A stretch of DNA of 39,306 bases from a virus (lineage: Duplodnaviria > Caudoviricetes): the IMG/VR virus record IMGVR_UViG_3300031922_000114, positions 1 to 39,306 of that record; one strand, written 5' to 3'. Both the position numbers and the translations under genes were made by a program. The notes under the pieces were generated by a model. That model was not told the origin of the DNA, did no database searches, and was given only the letters and a program-made list of their open reading frames with translations. Below are positions 1 to 8,849 of this stretch, one piece after another; position 1 is the first letter of the stretch; each line of letters opens with the position of its first letter.

Positions 1-315
1 ATGATGAAAGGTAATGAAGATATCACAGAAGAAGATTTTGAAAAATATTTGATTCCGTTTGAAAACAATTTTTCAAAGTTTATGATCAGTTATATTATTC
101 CAGAGGCATTTGCTTTTCAGTTAGCAAATTCATATTTTCGTGAATGTTTATGTAATGCATCATTGGAACAACACTACCATACAATGTGTGATGTATTTAA
201 TGGATTTCAAGATTCCTTAAATCAAGTTAAAGATTCAACTATTCAACTATTACAAATTAAGTATAACTTAACAATAAAAAAAGATATGCCCTTAGAATTG
301 AAAAAATATCAATAA
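1..315 (+). CDS. Hypothetical protein (104 aa, possibly 5'-incomplete at window edge)
   Basis: Open frame from position 1 to TAA at 313-315, followed by terminator-like hairpins; no recognisable motif. Confidence 0.6.
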   Translation: MMKGNEDITEEDFEKYLIPFENNFSKFMISYIIPEAFAFQLANSYFRECLCNASLEQHYHTMCDVFNGFQDSLNQVKDSTIQLLQIKYNLTIKKDMPLELKKYQ

Positions 316-346
316 AAAAAGCAACTCCATTACTTGCAAGTTGCTA
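314..346 (-). terminator. Intrinsic terminator for the minus-strand hsd-HEPN-macro transcript
   Basis: Minus strand reads AGCAACT-loop-AGTTGCT followed by a T run. Confidence 0.55.
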
Positions 347-362
347 TAAATATTATACTATT

Positions 363-401
363 AAAAGTCGGTTTATGTCAATCCGGCTTTTTACTTTTTT
401 T
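363..401 (+). terminator. Intrinsic terminator for the plus-strand gene 1..315
   Basis: AAAAGTCGG-TTTATGTCAAT-CCGGCTTTT then TACTTTTTTT; the T.G wobble pair fits the plus strand. Confidence 0.6.
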
Positions 402-1014
402 ACATAGTTAATCTAACTTTTAATTTATCTTCAGGTGATAACTCTACATATTTTATACCTTTTTCTTCATTAGGTAATTTTCTAAATTCTTCATAAGTTA
501 ATGGTTTGTGATGCAAATATAAATCTCTTAATTCATCACTTGGAAGAACTAATGTAAAATTAACTTTTTCAGTATTTGGTAATTCTAAATAATGTTTTAC
601 AAGACCTAGAACTGGTCCTACTACATCTTCGTGCTTATATCCGTGAACGCCCGTTCCAAGACTCACGCTTATTATATTTTTATATCCATTATTCGCCGCA
701 GAAAATAAAAGTTCAGAATATGAATTTACAAGTTCTGTAATTGGTTCTTTAGTTTGATATGCTTTAGGACAATATATATGTATAATATCAATTTCTAAAT
801 CAAATCCTGGGGTTATTCTTATTTCATTAGTTTTCATATTAGAACTAAAATTATCCTTACAATATTTCTCTAGTTCTTCTTTGCCGGCCGCTTTGTATAT
901 TGCACCACAAACTCCACTACCAGATAGCATGTATTCATTTGCCGAATTAACCAACGCGTCCATATTTTTTAGATAATACAATATGTTACCACTAACTATA
1001 TTTAGTTTCCCCAT
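400..1014 (-). CDS. Macrodomain protein, MacroD/YmdB-like ADP-ribose binding or hydrolase, with short C-terminal extension
   Basis: Motifs DALVNSAN, GSGVCGAIYKAAG, ITPGF, IIH and SLGTGVHGY; RBS AGGAGG upstream of the ATG. Confidence 0.9.
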   Translation of the reverse strand: MGKLNIVSGNILYYLKNMDALVNSANEYMLSGSGVCGAIYKAAGKEELEKYCKDNFSSNMKTNEIRITPGFDLEIDIIHIYCPKAYQTKEPITELVNSYSELLFSAANNGYKNIISVSLGTGVHGYKHEDVVGPVLGLVKHYLELPNTEKVNFTLVLPSDELRDLYLHHKPLTYEEFRKLPNEEKGIKYVELSPEDKLKVRLTM

Positions 1015-1066
1015 TAAATTACCTCCTGAAATACCAAAATGTTTTACACATATTCAAGTACCTAGT

Positions 1067-1780
1067 TTACACTGCTTCATCAATAGTTTCAACAATATTT
1101 TCTAATACTTGAGAATGTATTTTTTTTACGTCTTCACCTAATTTTTTAATCTTTATATTTTTTAAAAGTTTGTACTCGGAATTAGTTATATACAACTTTT
1201 CAAATAGACCCGTTTGTACAAATTTTTTTAAATCAATTTCCTGATTTATAAAATATAAGTAATAACTCTTAAATGCAGCTAATAACTTATTGTTAATTTT
1301 TTCAAAATAATCTAGTAATGTAGATGTTTTTGACTCGAAATCATCTCTATCTTTTATTACGTAATATCCCGTTGCATGAGCCATAGGATCCCTATTTTTA
1401 CTAGCGCCCTTATATTGCCCTATAGTAGCTTTATCTATTCCAATTAGGGATAGCATTTTTAGTATTTCACTATCTGGAACTTCGCTATATTCAAATATTT
1501 TTTCAATATTACTTAAATCTTTTTCGCGATTATTATAAGTCCTTATATACTCTATAACTAACAGATGGTCTTTAGGGGCTAAAGTTCTCGTTTGATAAAC
1601 AACCAAATAAATATATGTCATAAATAATAAATAAATATTAAAATGAGCCATTTGATATTCTTCTTTTTCATAGCAGTTAATAACTGTGTTCTGTACTTTT
1701 TCTAAATAATCTTTTAAGTATTGCTCTGGCAATGTTGGAAAATATTGATTTATCTTTTCTAAAATATCATTTATATCCAT
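1067..1780 (-). CDS. Helical protein with HEPN-type RxxxxH motif (putative RNase effector)
   Basis: KNRDPMAHATG gives R-x4-H at nt 1393-1376; helical-looking sequence; ATG 7 nt after the hsdS stop with AGGTGA RBS. Confidence 0.6.
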   Translation of the reverse strand: MDINDILEKINQYFPTLPEQYLKDYLEKVQNTVINCYEKEEYQMAHFNIYLLFMTYIYLVVYQTRTLAPKDHLLVIEYIRTYNNREKDLSNIEKIFEYSEVPDSEILKMLSLIGIDKATIGQYKGASKNRDPMAHATGYYVIKDRDDFESKTSTLLDYFEKINNKLLAAFKSYYLYFINQEIDLKKFVQTGLFEKLYITNSEYKLLKNIKIKKLGEDVKKIHSQVLENIVETIDEAV

Positions 1781-1787
1781 AAATCAC

Positions 1788-2945
1788 CTAATCAAAATAT
1801 TCATGCATTTTTGTATATAATAACGACTCTAAATCTTGCATATCTTCAAATATTATCTTTTGATTTTCTTCAACAATTTTGAAATATTCATCAAATTCTT
1901 CTTGGAGTTTTATATCCGGGCAGAAAAATCTAAACTTTTTTAATTCTGTCATTGCCGGGAAATTAGGTATCCCTGTTCCTCTACTTAATCCAAACAAACT
2001 TTCACGAACTTGTTTTGTCCTAAAAATGTAAGTGAAAAAGTTATTACTAATGATTTTATGATTTAAGGTTATTTTAAGCAATGCTTGATTAATTATGCCT
2101 TCTTGAGCGTATTCTGGAATTTCAGCTATTTTACCTAATGTAACGCCAGAACAGCTAACTATTAAATCTCCTGGTTTAACAGCGAACATTTTCATTTCAT
2201 CAAACTTCTTTTGATCAATAAAATATTTTTTATATTCAAAATCATTATGAATTGCATGTCTTTGCTCATAAACCAAAAAGCCATCTTCGACAAAATCATC
2301 TTTTTTTAATGAACCACCAAACGGACCACGTTTCAAGCCACCTCTATCACTAACAACCAAATCTTTCAGTGGTAAAAAGTTTTTTCCAGCTATTATTGCT
2401 GTGCTAAACATTTCATTGAACTTACTACTTATCAATTCTTTCATATCTAAAATTTGCTGTTTTCTGTTTTCTATTAATTCATTTATGTTATCTAAATCTT
2501 TTGATCTTTTTATTTGCTCTTCTTCTAAGGGCAAATTTGAAAGTTCGATTTGTTTTAAACCTTTATCATTTATTGCCTTCATTGTGGCTCCTGAGCTAAA
2601 TGAGTCTTTCTGTCTATTAAACATTTCTGAATTAATGAACCAATATAAATATTCTGGATTAACACCCTTATTAACCCTTATGGTATAAAATCCTGTTGAA
2701 TATATATAATCGCTGTTTGTACTATCAATTAACAAAACTTTCTTTGTATCCATCATTTTAGCAAATAAGATTTCACCATTTTCAACTTTAAGATTTGCTC
2801 TTGAAGGCTTATTATCAAATGTAACATCTTTAAATGAAATAATTTTATTATTAATAATATCTCCGGTTGCGACATATTTTTTAATTCCTTCAAAATAATT
2901 TATTCTTTTTCCACTTACTTTGCAGTAATCTAATAGGTAACCCAT
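1788..2945 (-). CDS. hsdS: Type I restriction-modification specificity subunit
   Basis: Two TRDs (GEILFAKM/STGF and PGDLIVSCSG.TLGK/INQALL), each followed by conserved helical spacers (LPLEEEQ, PDIKLQEEF); directly downstream of hsdM. Confidence 0.92.
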   Translation of the reverse strand: MGYLLDYCKVSGKRINYFEGIKKYVATGDIINNKIISFKDVTFDNKPSRANLKVENGEILFAKMMDTKKVLLIDSTNSDYIYSTGFYTIRVNKGVNPEYLYWFINSEMFNRQKDSFSSGATMKAINDKGLKQIELSNLPLEEEQIKRSKDLDNINELIENRKQQILDMKELISSKFNEMFSTAIIAGKNFLPLKDLVVSDRGGLKRGPFGGSLKKDDFVEDGFLVYEQRHAIHNDFEYKKYFIDQKKFDEMKMFAVKPGDLIVSCSGVTLGKIAEIPEYAQEGIINQALLKITLNHKIISNNFFTYIFRTKQVRESLFGLSRGTGIPNFPAMTELKKFRFFCPDIKLQEEFDEYFKIVEENQKIIFEDMQDLESLLYTKMHEYFD

Positions 2946-2946
2946 A

Positions 2947-4401
2947 TTAATTCACCAACTTTTTAAGCATTTCTTCATATTGCTTTTGGCGTTGATTAAT
3001 TCTTTCAATTATTACTTCTATTGGCTCATATTCTTTTTCTTCATACTTAACTTTTAAATATCTTCCGACATTCAATACACTGTCATTTTTAAATACTTCT
3101 TTTTTATCAACTATGGAAATACTAACGTTTGTTTCTTCTTTGTCTGCCAAAGTCAACTCATTGTTTTTATATTTTTTAATTATTGATACTATTTCGGGAA
3201 GTTCGTTTCCATCTATGGAATTTCTCTGAGTTCCTAAACTAAATCCATCATTTTTTAAATCTATGAATAAAACTTCCTTATTTCCCTTAGCCAGTTTTCT
3301 ATCTAAAAACAGCACACTTGTTTTTACTCCTGAATATGGCTGAAAAACACCACTTGGTAAAGAGACAATTGCCACGAGATTTTTCTTAATAATTTTTTCT
3401 CTTAAGTCTTTGTAAGCTCCCGCCGAATTAAATAAAACTCCTTCTGGGACAATCACTCCAGCTCTGCCATTTGATTTTAAGTGTTCGTCGATATAATCAA
3501 CAAACAGAACCTCCGAGCGGTTAGCTTTAACAGTAAATCTCTTGTGAGGTGTTATTCCTCCTTTAGGAGTCATAAATGGAGGATTAGCCAATATAACATC
3601 AAACTTTTCTTCCCAATAATCCTCATATGTTAATGTATCATATTCCCTTATATCTGGATCATTAGCACCATGTAAAAACAGATTCATTTCGGCTATTCTT
3701 ACCATTGATGGTTCTATATCATATCCAGTAATATCCTTAAGTATTCTTATTCTTTGATCATAATTTAATTTATCACCTAATATTTTACTATCCGCACTTG
3801 TATTTTGTTGAAGTATATATTTGTAAGCGGAAATTAAAAATCCACCTGTACCGCAAGCTGGGTCAAGGATGTGTTCACCTTCTTTTGGATCCAAAACTTC
3901 GACAATAAAATCAATTATATGTCTTGGCGTTCTAAATTGTCCTAAATCACCTTGACTTCCAAGAATCATTAGTAAATATTCGTATGCATCGCCAAGTTGT
4001 TCTGAATCATCATAACTTAGTCCAGAATCTATTTTCCTTAAAAACATAGTTAATACATCAGGATCTTTATAAGGTACTGTAGCATTTTTAAATATATCTC
4101 TAAATGTTTGTGGCAAAGATTTATTGGTGTAAAATTTTTCAAGGGCCTCAGTGTATAGATTATATCTTTCTTGTGAACCTATTCTGTTGCTAATAACATT
4201 TCTCCAACTATATTTTTCATAATCAGCAACAAAAAATTTAGGTTTACCTCCCATTCCGATTGCTTCTTGATCCATATCATCCATAAATTTATAAAGTAAC
4301 GCCAAAGTAATCTGCTCAACTTGTGTATTCGGGGCAGGAATTTTGCCGACTAAAATATCTCTTGCTTCATCAATTGTTTTTCTCGTTTTTATATCTAACA
4401 T
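2947..4401 (-). CDS. hsdM: Type I restriction-modification N6-adenine methyltransferase subunit
   Basis: GQFRTPRHI, motif I ILDPACGTGGFL, motif IV ILANPPF, GRAGVIVPEGVLF and LPSGVFQPYSGVKT. Confidence 0.95.
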   Translation of the reverse strand: MLDIKTRKTIDEARDILVGKIPAPNTQVEQITLALLYKFMDDMDQEAIGMGGKPKFFVADYEKYSWRNVISNRIGSQERYNLYTEALEKFYTNKSLPQTFRDIFKNATVPYKDPDVLTMFLRKIDSGLSYDDSEQLGDAYEYLLMILGSQGDLGQFRTPRHIIDFIVEVLDPKEGEHILDPACGTGGFLISAYKYILQQNTSADSKILGDKLNYDQRIRILKDITGYDIEPSMVRIAEMNLFLHGANDPDIREYDTLTYEDYWEEKFDVILANPPFMTPKGGITPHKRFTVKANRSEVLFVDYIDEHLKSNGRAGVIVPEGVLFNSAGAYKDLREKIIKKNLVAIVSLPSGVFQPYSGVKTSVLFLDRKLAKGNKEVLFIDLKNDGFSLGTQRNSIDGNELPEIVSIIKKYKNNELTLADKEETNVSISIVDKKEVFKNDSVLNVGRYLKVKYEEKEYEPIEVIIERINQRQKQYEEMLKKLVN

Positions 4402-4419
4402 ACTTCACTCCCTTTTTTC

Positions 4420-6972
4420 TTATTTGAAATTATCACAGTTTATATCATTTTCTATTATATAATCCCTAATATATTCAAAAATTTTTCTACCTCTAATTGT
4501 TATATCTTTTATATTCCTTACACTTTGTTTTATAGGCTTGTTCAACATTTCACCATATTGTTCTGTTTTAACGCTATTTCTAATACCTTCATCTAATAAA
4601 TAAGCCTCAAAGAATGCTGATACATCAGGTATTTTATCGGCAATAGGTTCTATTTCTGACTTATTTAATAATTTGAAATTTTCAAATTCATCATATATTT
4701 TTTCCTTTTTTGTTTTATATTTATCAATTATTCCTAAGATATTTAATGCTAACTCTCTCACTGTAAGATGTCTATCAAGATTTAATGCTTGTTCAAGTTT
4801 TCTTACATTAAAGTACTCTGATGGTTTGTCAAACACACTTTCTTTTAGATACCACTCCAAAGCTTCTATATCTTTTCGCTCGATAATATCTTTTACATTT
4901 TCATCAGACTTAATTTTATCTTCAAATTTTTTATAAAAGAATTTATCAATTTTCATGCCTGTGTCTGGCACTTCTTCTTCATCTAGTTTTATTAAACTAT
5001 CGCTGCCTGTATTTATTACTTTATCAATAATAGTTTCATTGTCATTTAATTTCCCCTGTTTTATTTCTTTGGGTTCAGTTGGCAACTTTATTGCTTCATC
5101 ATATTTAAAGTCTTTTTCAAAATATTCGCATACTGCAAAAAAATCAAATAATTTATATGTCACTTTATCAGCTATTGTTTCTTCAAATTTGAATTTATGT
5201 AATCTTGTTCCTCTTCCTTTAATTTGTATAAATTCGGTAGCAGAATATATTGGTCTAAATAATCCCAAATTCAAAATGTCTGGGCAGTCATATCCAGTAG
5301 TCATCATTCCAACAGTTACAGCAATTCTTGTTTTACTTGAAACATAATCTTCTAGCCAAGTAGTATTACCTAATAAATTATTATTCGAGAAGTTAATAGT
5401 CATCTGCTGAGCATCCATAACATTAGAAGTTATTTGGACAGCAAAATCTGAGTTATACTTTCCAGGAAATTTTGCCATTGCCATTCTATTTAGCATTTGA
5501 GTAATTTTCATAGCATGTTGAACATTAACACAAAATATTATTGACTTACCAATTTCGTTAGTTATAGGATCACGCAAGGCATTATTAATAAAAGTAGCAC
5601 ATAAAATTTCGTTAGTTGAATCAGAAAAAAATGTTTTTTCATATCCCTTTTCACTAAATACCTTGGTTTTGTTCCCATCTTCCCCTCGCACTATTACTTC
5701 AACGTCATCATCCAGTGTATTTATAATAAGACCTTTATCAGATAATAATTGTGTGGTTATTTCTGTTCTCGCATCTACAATAGTTGGATTGATTAATATT
5801 TTATCTCTTACTCCATCATTTAAAGTATAACTGAATGTCGGATTTCCAGGAGTGCAACCGAAGATTGAATATGTATCTAAAAATTGTCTTCTTTCTAATT
5901 CCCTTGGATCAGTTTCATCAAATACGATGCCGTTTAGATATGTTTTTGGGGTTGCAGTTAATCCAAGTTTATATCCAATGAAGTATTCAAACACAGCTCG
6001 ACTCGAACCGCCAATACTTCTGTGTGCTTCATCTGAAATTATTAAGTCAAAATCTGTTGGCGTAAATATATTCTTATATTTATCATCTCTAATAAACGAC
6101 TGTACTGTACTTATGACTACATGAGCACTTTTCCAGTCGCCTTTGTTTTCTTTATATATTTTCACATCAATACCATCTCGAGATAAATATTTAGTTAAAT
6201 CTTTCCAAGCTTGATTTTCTAATTCTAATCTATCAACTAAAAACAACACTCTTTTAGCAAGTTCCGAGCGAATAAACATTTTTATTATTCCTGAAGACGT
6301 CAATGTTTTCCCTGTTCCTGTTGCCATTTCTAATAAAAATCTAGTTTTATTGTCCAAAACTGCATTTTGAACAACTTTAATCGCATCTAATTGATATGGT
6401 CTTAACACTCTTATGTTATTTTTCATACAATAATCAAAAATAACATTATCATCCTCTGATTTCCAAACATTAGATTGTTCTAAATTTGGTTCTTGTGACG
6501 TAGCAACAAAATATTTATCGATTTTTAAATCTTTAATGTCTTGAACATTAGTCGTAAGAGCTTTGCTGTTTTTTAAAGATTCATATGACGGAAAAGATGT
6601 AATCATTTCTGGATTTCCTTTTTCCATATTCCAAAAATAATGCATATTTCCATTGGTTAAAATAATATATTTTGCTCTCAATGTGTTAGCATATGTTCTT
6701 GCTTGTTCTTTAGCATTTAGAGGGTGTATCGATTCTTTTTTTGCTTCAACGACAAGAAATGGTCGACGGTTTTCATCCAATAGTAAATAATCTACAAAAC
6801 CATCCTTTGTTTTCTCGAAATCTATCCCAAGATTATCAATATCTTGTTTTTTAATTTTTACGTCAGGTTCTAGTTCTATGTTGGCTGTACCATTTTCATT
6901 ATCAAAGAAACGCCAACCAGCTTCTTCTAATAGTTTATTAATTTTTATTCTAGCTAATGCTTCTTTTTCCAT
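4420..6972 (-). CDS. hsdR: Type I restriction endonuclease R subunit (EcoAI/EcoKI-like)
   Basis: N-terminal nuclease motif VDYLL...VVEAKK, RPYQ, Walker A MATGTGKT, DEAHR, GLTATP, TTGYDCP and QIKGRGTR; start moved to ATG 6972 because GGAGG lies at 6982-6986. Confidence 0.95.
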   Translation of the reverse strand: MEKEALARIKINKLLEEAGWRFFDNENGTANIELEPDVKIKKQDIDNLGIDFEKTKDGFVDYLLLDENRRPFLVVEAKKESIHPLNAKEQARTYANTLRAKYIILTNGNMHYFWNMEKGNPEMITSFPSYESLKNSKALTTNVQDIKDLKIDKYFVATSQEPNLEQSNVWKSEDDNVIFDYCMKNNIRVLRPYQLDAIKVVQNAVLDNKTRFLLEMATGTGKTLTSSGIIKMFIRSELAKRVLFLVDRLELENQAWKDLTKYLSRDGIDVKIYKENKGDWKSAHVVISTVQSFIRDDKYKNIFTPTDFDLIISDEAHRSIGGSSRAVFEYFIGYKLGLTATPKTYLNGIVFDETDPRELERRQFLDTYSIFGCTPGNPTFSYTLNDGVRDKILINPTIVDARTEITTQLLSDKGLIINTLDDDVEVIVRGEDGNKTKVFSEKGYEKTFFSDSTNEILCATFINNALRDPITNEIGKSIIFCVNVQHAMKITQMLNRMAMAKFPGKYNSDFAVQITSNVMDAQQMTINFSNNNLLGNTTWLEDYVSSKTRIAVTVGMMTTGYDCPDILNLGLFRPIYSATEFIQIKGRGTRLHKFKFEETIADKVTYKLFDFFAVCEYFEKDFKYDEAIKLPTEPKEIKQGKLNDNETIIDKVINTGSDSLIKLDEEEVPDTGMKIDKFFYKKFEDKIKSDENVKDIIERKDIEALEWYLKESVFDKPSEYFNVRKLEQALNLDRHLTVRELALNILGIIDKYKTKKEKIYDEFENFKLLNKSEIEPIADKIPDVSAFFEAYLLDEGIRNSVKTEQYGEMLNKPIKQSVRNIKDITIRGRKIFEYIRDYIIENDINCDNFK

Positions 6973-6993
6973 ATGTACAATCCTCCATATATA

Positions 6994-7002
6994 ATTATAA
7001 CA
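6994..7002 (-). promoter_or_regulatory. Extended -10 sigma-A promoter for the hsd operon
   Basis: TGTTATAAT on the minus strand just upstream of the hsdR RBS, preceded by phased A-tracts. Confidence 0.6.
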
Positions 7003-7143
7003 CTTTTTTTGGTATTTTTCTTGCACTTTTTTACCCTTTTTTACTTTTTAGTGTCAATTGAATTAAAAAGCAAAGAAATGTTTGAAAAGACTTGAATAAT
7101 ATGTTTAAAAGAGTGATTAATGTAACTATGATAGGAGGTAAAT

Positions 7144-7467
7144 GTGAAAGCACTTTTTTATCGAAAATGTTCTTCAAATAATGAATACAAAAAACTACGC
7201 AATAAATACACTAATTTTGGTCAATGGCTAGAATACTCAATTGCTAAGAAAATTGTTTTAAACAATGAACAATACAAAAAATTTGTAAGTGATTTTTCTG
7301 CTGAACAATTGCTTATTATAGATAATTTATCATTAATGCATATGGATAAAGATGACAAAGTTTTCTGCTTGCTTGTTACCAACGGGAGTTCTGGCTACTT
7401 AATATATTCGGCAGGGTATAGTTATGCAAGGTACGTTGCTATGTATGAAAAAGAACCTAGAGTATAA
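7144..7467 (+). CDS. DUF6329-like small protein
   Basis: KALFYRK...CLLV...GYLIYSAGYSYARY resembles the family's SEGYxYARY signature; AGGAGG RBS and GTG start. Confidence 0.65.
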   Translation: MKALFYRKCSSNNEYKKLRNKYTNFGQWLEYSIAKKIVLNNEQYKKFVSDFSAEQLLIIDNLSLMHMDKDDKVFCLLVTNGSSGYLIYSAGYSYARYVAMYEKEPRV

Positions 7468-7484
7468 AACTCCAGGTTCTTTTT
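7448..7484. terminator. Bidirectional intrinsic terminator between the DUF6329-like gene and the endolysin
   Basis: AAAAAGAACCTAGAG-TATAAAA-CTCCAGGTTCTTTTT inverted repeat with T tails on both strands. Confidence 0.85.
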
Positions 7485-8316
7485 ATATTATTAGCTCTTG
7501 ACCAGGTTTTATTATATTAGGATTTGATCCAATAATATTTTTGTTTTTTTCGTACAATTGTTGCCAAGTTGTTCCATATCTTTTTGCAATACTACTTAAT
7601 GTATCTCCCTTTTTAACGACATATCTATCTATTGTTGGTTCTGATAAATCGCTATTAGGAATTTTTATTTTCTGACCATTAAAAATAACATTGGGATTAG
7701 CAATGTTATTATATTTTACTATCTCGGGGTATCTGTTGCCATCACCCAAATATCTTTTTGCGATTGCCCACAATGTATCACCAGACACTACCACATGAAT
7801 TATTTCAGTTGGTTTTGGTGTATTAATAATATATGGCTGTAATGATTTTATTCCTTGTAAGTAAGGGGTTGGATCAATGTATTCACCATCAACATAAATT
7901 CCAAAATGTAAATGAAGACCTGTACTGTTTCCTGTTGTTTTTATTGTATCAGTACCAAGTTCTTCGCCTTGTTGAACTATTTGTCCTATATTAATATGAT
8001 TATTACTTCCATTATCAAGATGACAATATAAACTTCTTGATCCATTCCCATGTTCTAATAGGACTGAGTTCCCGCCACTTGGGCTTGTTGTTTGACCAGG
8101 AATTCCTTTTTGCACAGATATTACCTTACCACGTTCAATTGCTACAACTGTTCCTAGAGTTGTAATATCAATCGCTCTATGCCAGCCAACCACATGAATT
8201 CTTTGACCAGATGCATCAGTATACCAAAAGTCACGATATTCATATCCACTTGAACGATTAAGCGTACCAGTTCTCCCTTTAATAGGACTCTTTATTACAT
8301 TAGTTATTGTTGACAT
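7483..8316 (-). CDS. Endolysin: M23 peptidase plus two LysM domains
   Basis: HRAID (HxxxD), YCHL and GNSTGLHLHF (HxH); LysM repeats HVVVSGDTLWAIA and YVVKKGDTLSSIA; likely start ATG 8316. Confidence 0.93.
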   Translation of the reverse strand: MSTITNVIKSPIKGRTGTLNRSSGYEYRDFWYTDASGQRIHVVGWHRAIDITTLGTVVAIERGKVISVQKGIPGQTTSPSGGNSVLLEHGNGSRSLYCHLDNGSNNHINIGQIVQQGEELGTDTIKTTGNSTGLHLHFGIYVDGEYIDPTPYLQGIKSLQPYIINTPKPTEIIHVVVSGDTLWAIAKRYLGDGNRYPEIVKYNNIANPNVIFNGQKIKIPNSDLSEPTIDRYVVKKGDTLSSIAKRYGTTWQQLYEKNKNIIGSNPNIIKPGQELII

Positions 8317-8455
8317 GTTCTTCACTCTCACTTTCTTCCACTATTTCATCAGTTTTTTCTATGACATCAAATTCAGACTCATCAACTCCTAAATCTAGAA
8401 TTTCTACTTCATTTTCTAATTTTTCATCATTCTTTTTGATTTCTTCATTATTCAT
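8300..8455 (-). CDS. Unannotated 51-aa highly acidic protein between holin and endolysin
   Basis: Translated manually as MNNEEIKKNDEKLENEVEILDLGVDESEFDVIEKTDEIVEESESEEHVNNN; RBS AAAGGTGGTG; overlaps the holin stop and the endolysin start. Confidence 0.7.
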   Translation of the reverse strand: MNNEEIKKNDEKLENEVEILDLGVDESEFDVIEKTDEIVEESESEEHVNNN

Positions 8456-8849
8456 TATTATCACCACCTTTGTTTTTTAGTTGTTCTAAAGTTTGACTAA
8501 CTATTTTAGGAATCGGCAATCCCATCTTACTCCAATTTTCAATTACACTTATTCCTTCATTCGCTACAAAAAAATAAATAACTAATGTTCTTATAGTTCC
8601 TGTATCACCAACTGTTCTATCCAATAAAACACATACGGCCACGATTATTAAATAGCCTACTTTTTTTATAATTCCTTTTAATCCAATATGACTATTAAGC
8701 TTCTTATTATGAATCGCTTTTAAAACTCCAGTCACATAATCTAAAGAAATCATAATTAGTAGAGCCTGCAAAGCAATATCCCAGCCACCTAAAAAATACA
8801 CTATTGTAGTTAATAGTGTTCCAGTAATAAAATTAATTATTGTTTTCAT
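8448..8849 (-). CDS. Phage holin (toxin secretion/phage lysis holin, family 4)
   Basis: GGWD...LDYVTG...LNSHIGLKGIIKK...FFVANEGISVIEN...GLPIP with hydrophobic helices; ATG 8849 fits the RBS spacing. Confidence 0.92.
   Translation of the reverse strand: MKTIINFITGTLLTTIVYFLGGWDIALQALLIMISLDYVTGVLKAIHNKKLNSHIGLKGIIKKVGYLIIVAVCVLLDRTVGDTGTIRTLVIYFFVANEGISVIENWSKMGLPIPKIVSQTLEQLKNKGGDNNE

Noticed and set aside
400-1780. Assignment to DarTG, Thoeris ThsA or a HEPN-MNT toxin-antitoxin pair
   Set aside because: The macrodomain has MacroD-type rather than DarG-type motifs, and no DarT, SIR2, TIR or nucleotidyltransferase gene is present
2941-2950. Frameshifted or split HsdM-HsdS fusion
   Set aside because: HsdM has a normal C-terminal helix and hsdS has its own GGTGA RBS and ATG, so they are two coupled genes
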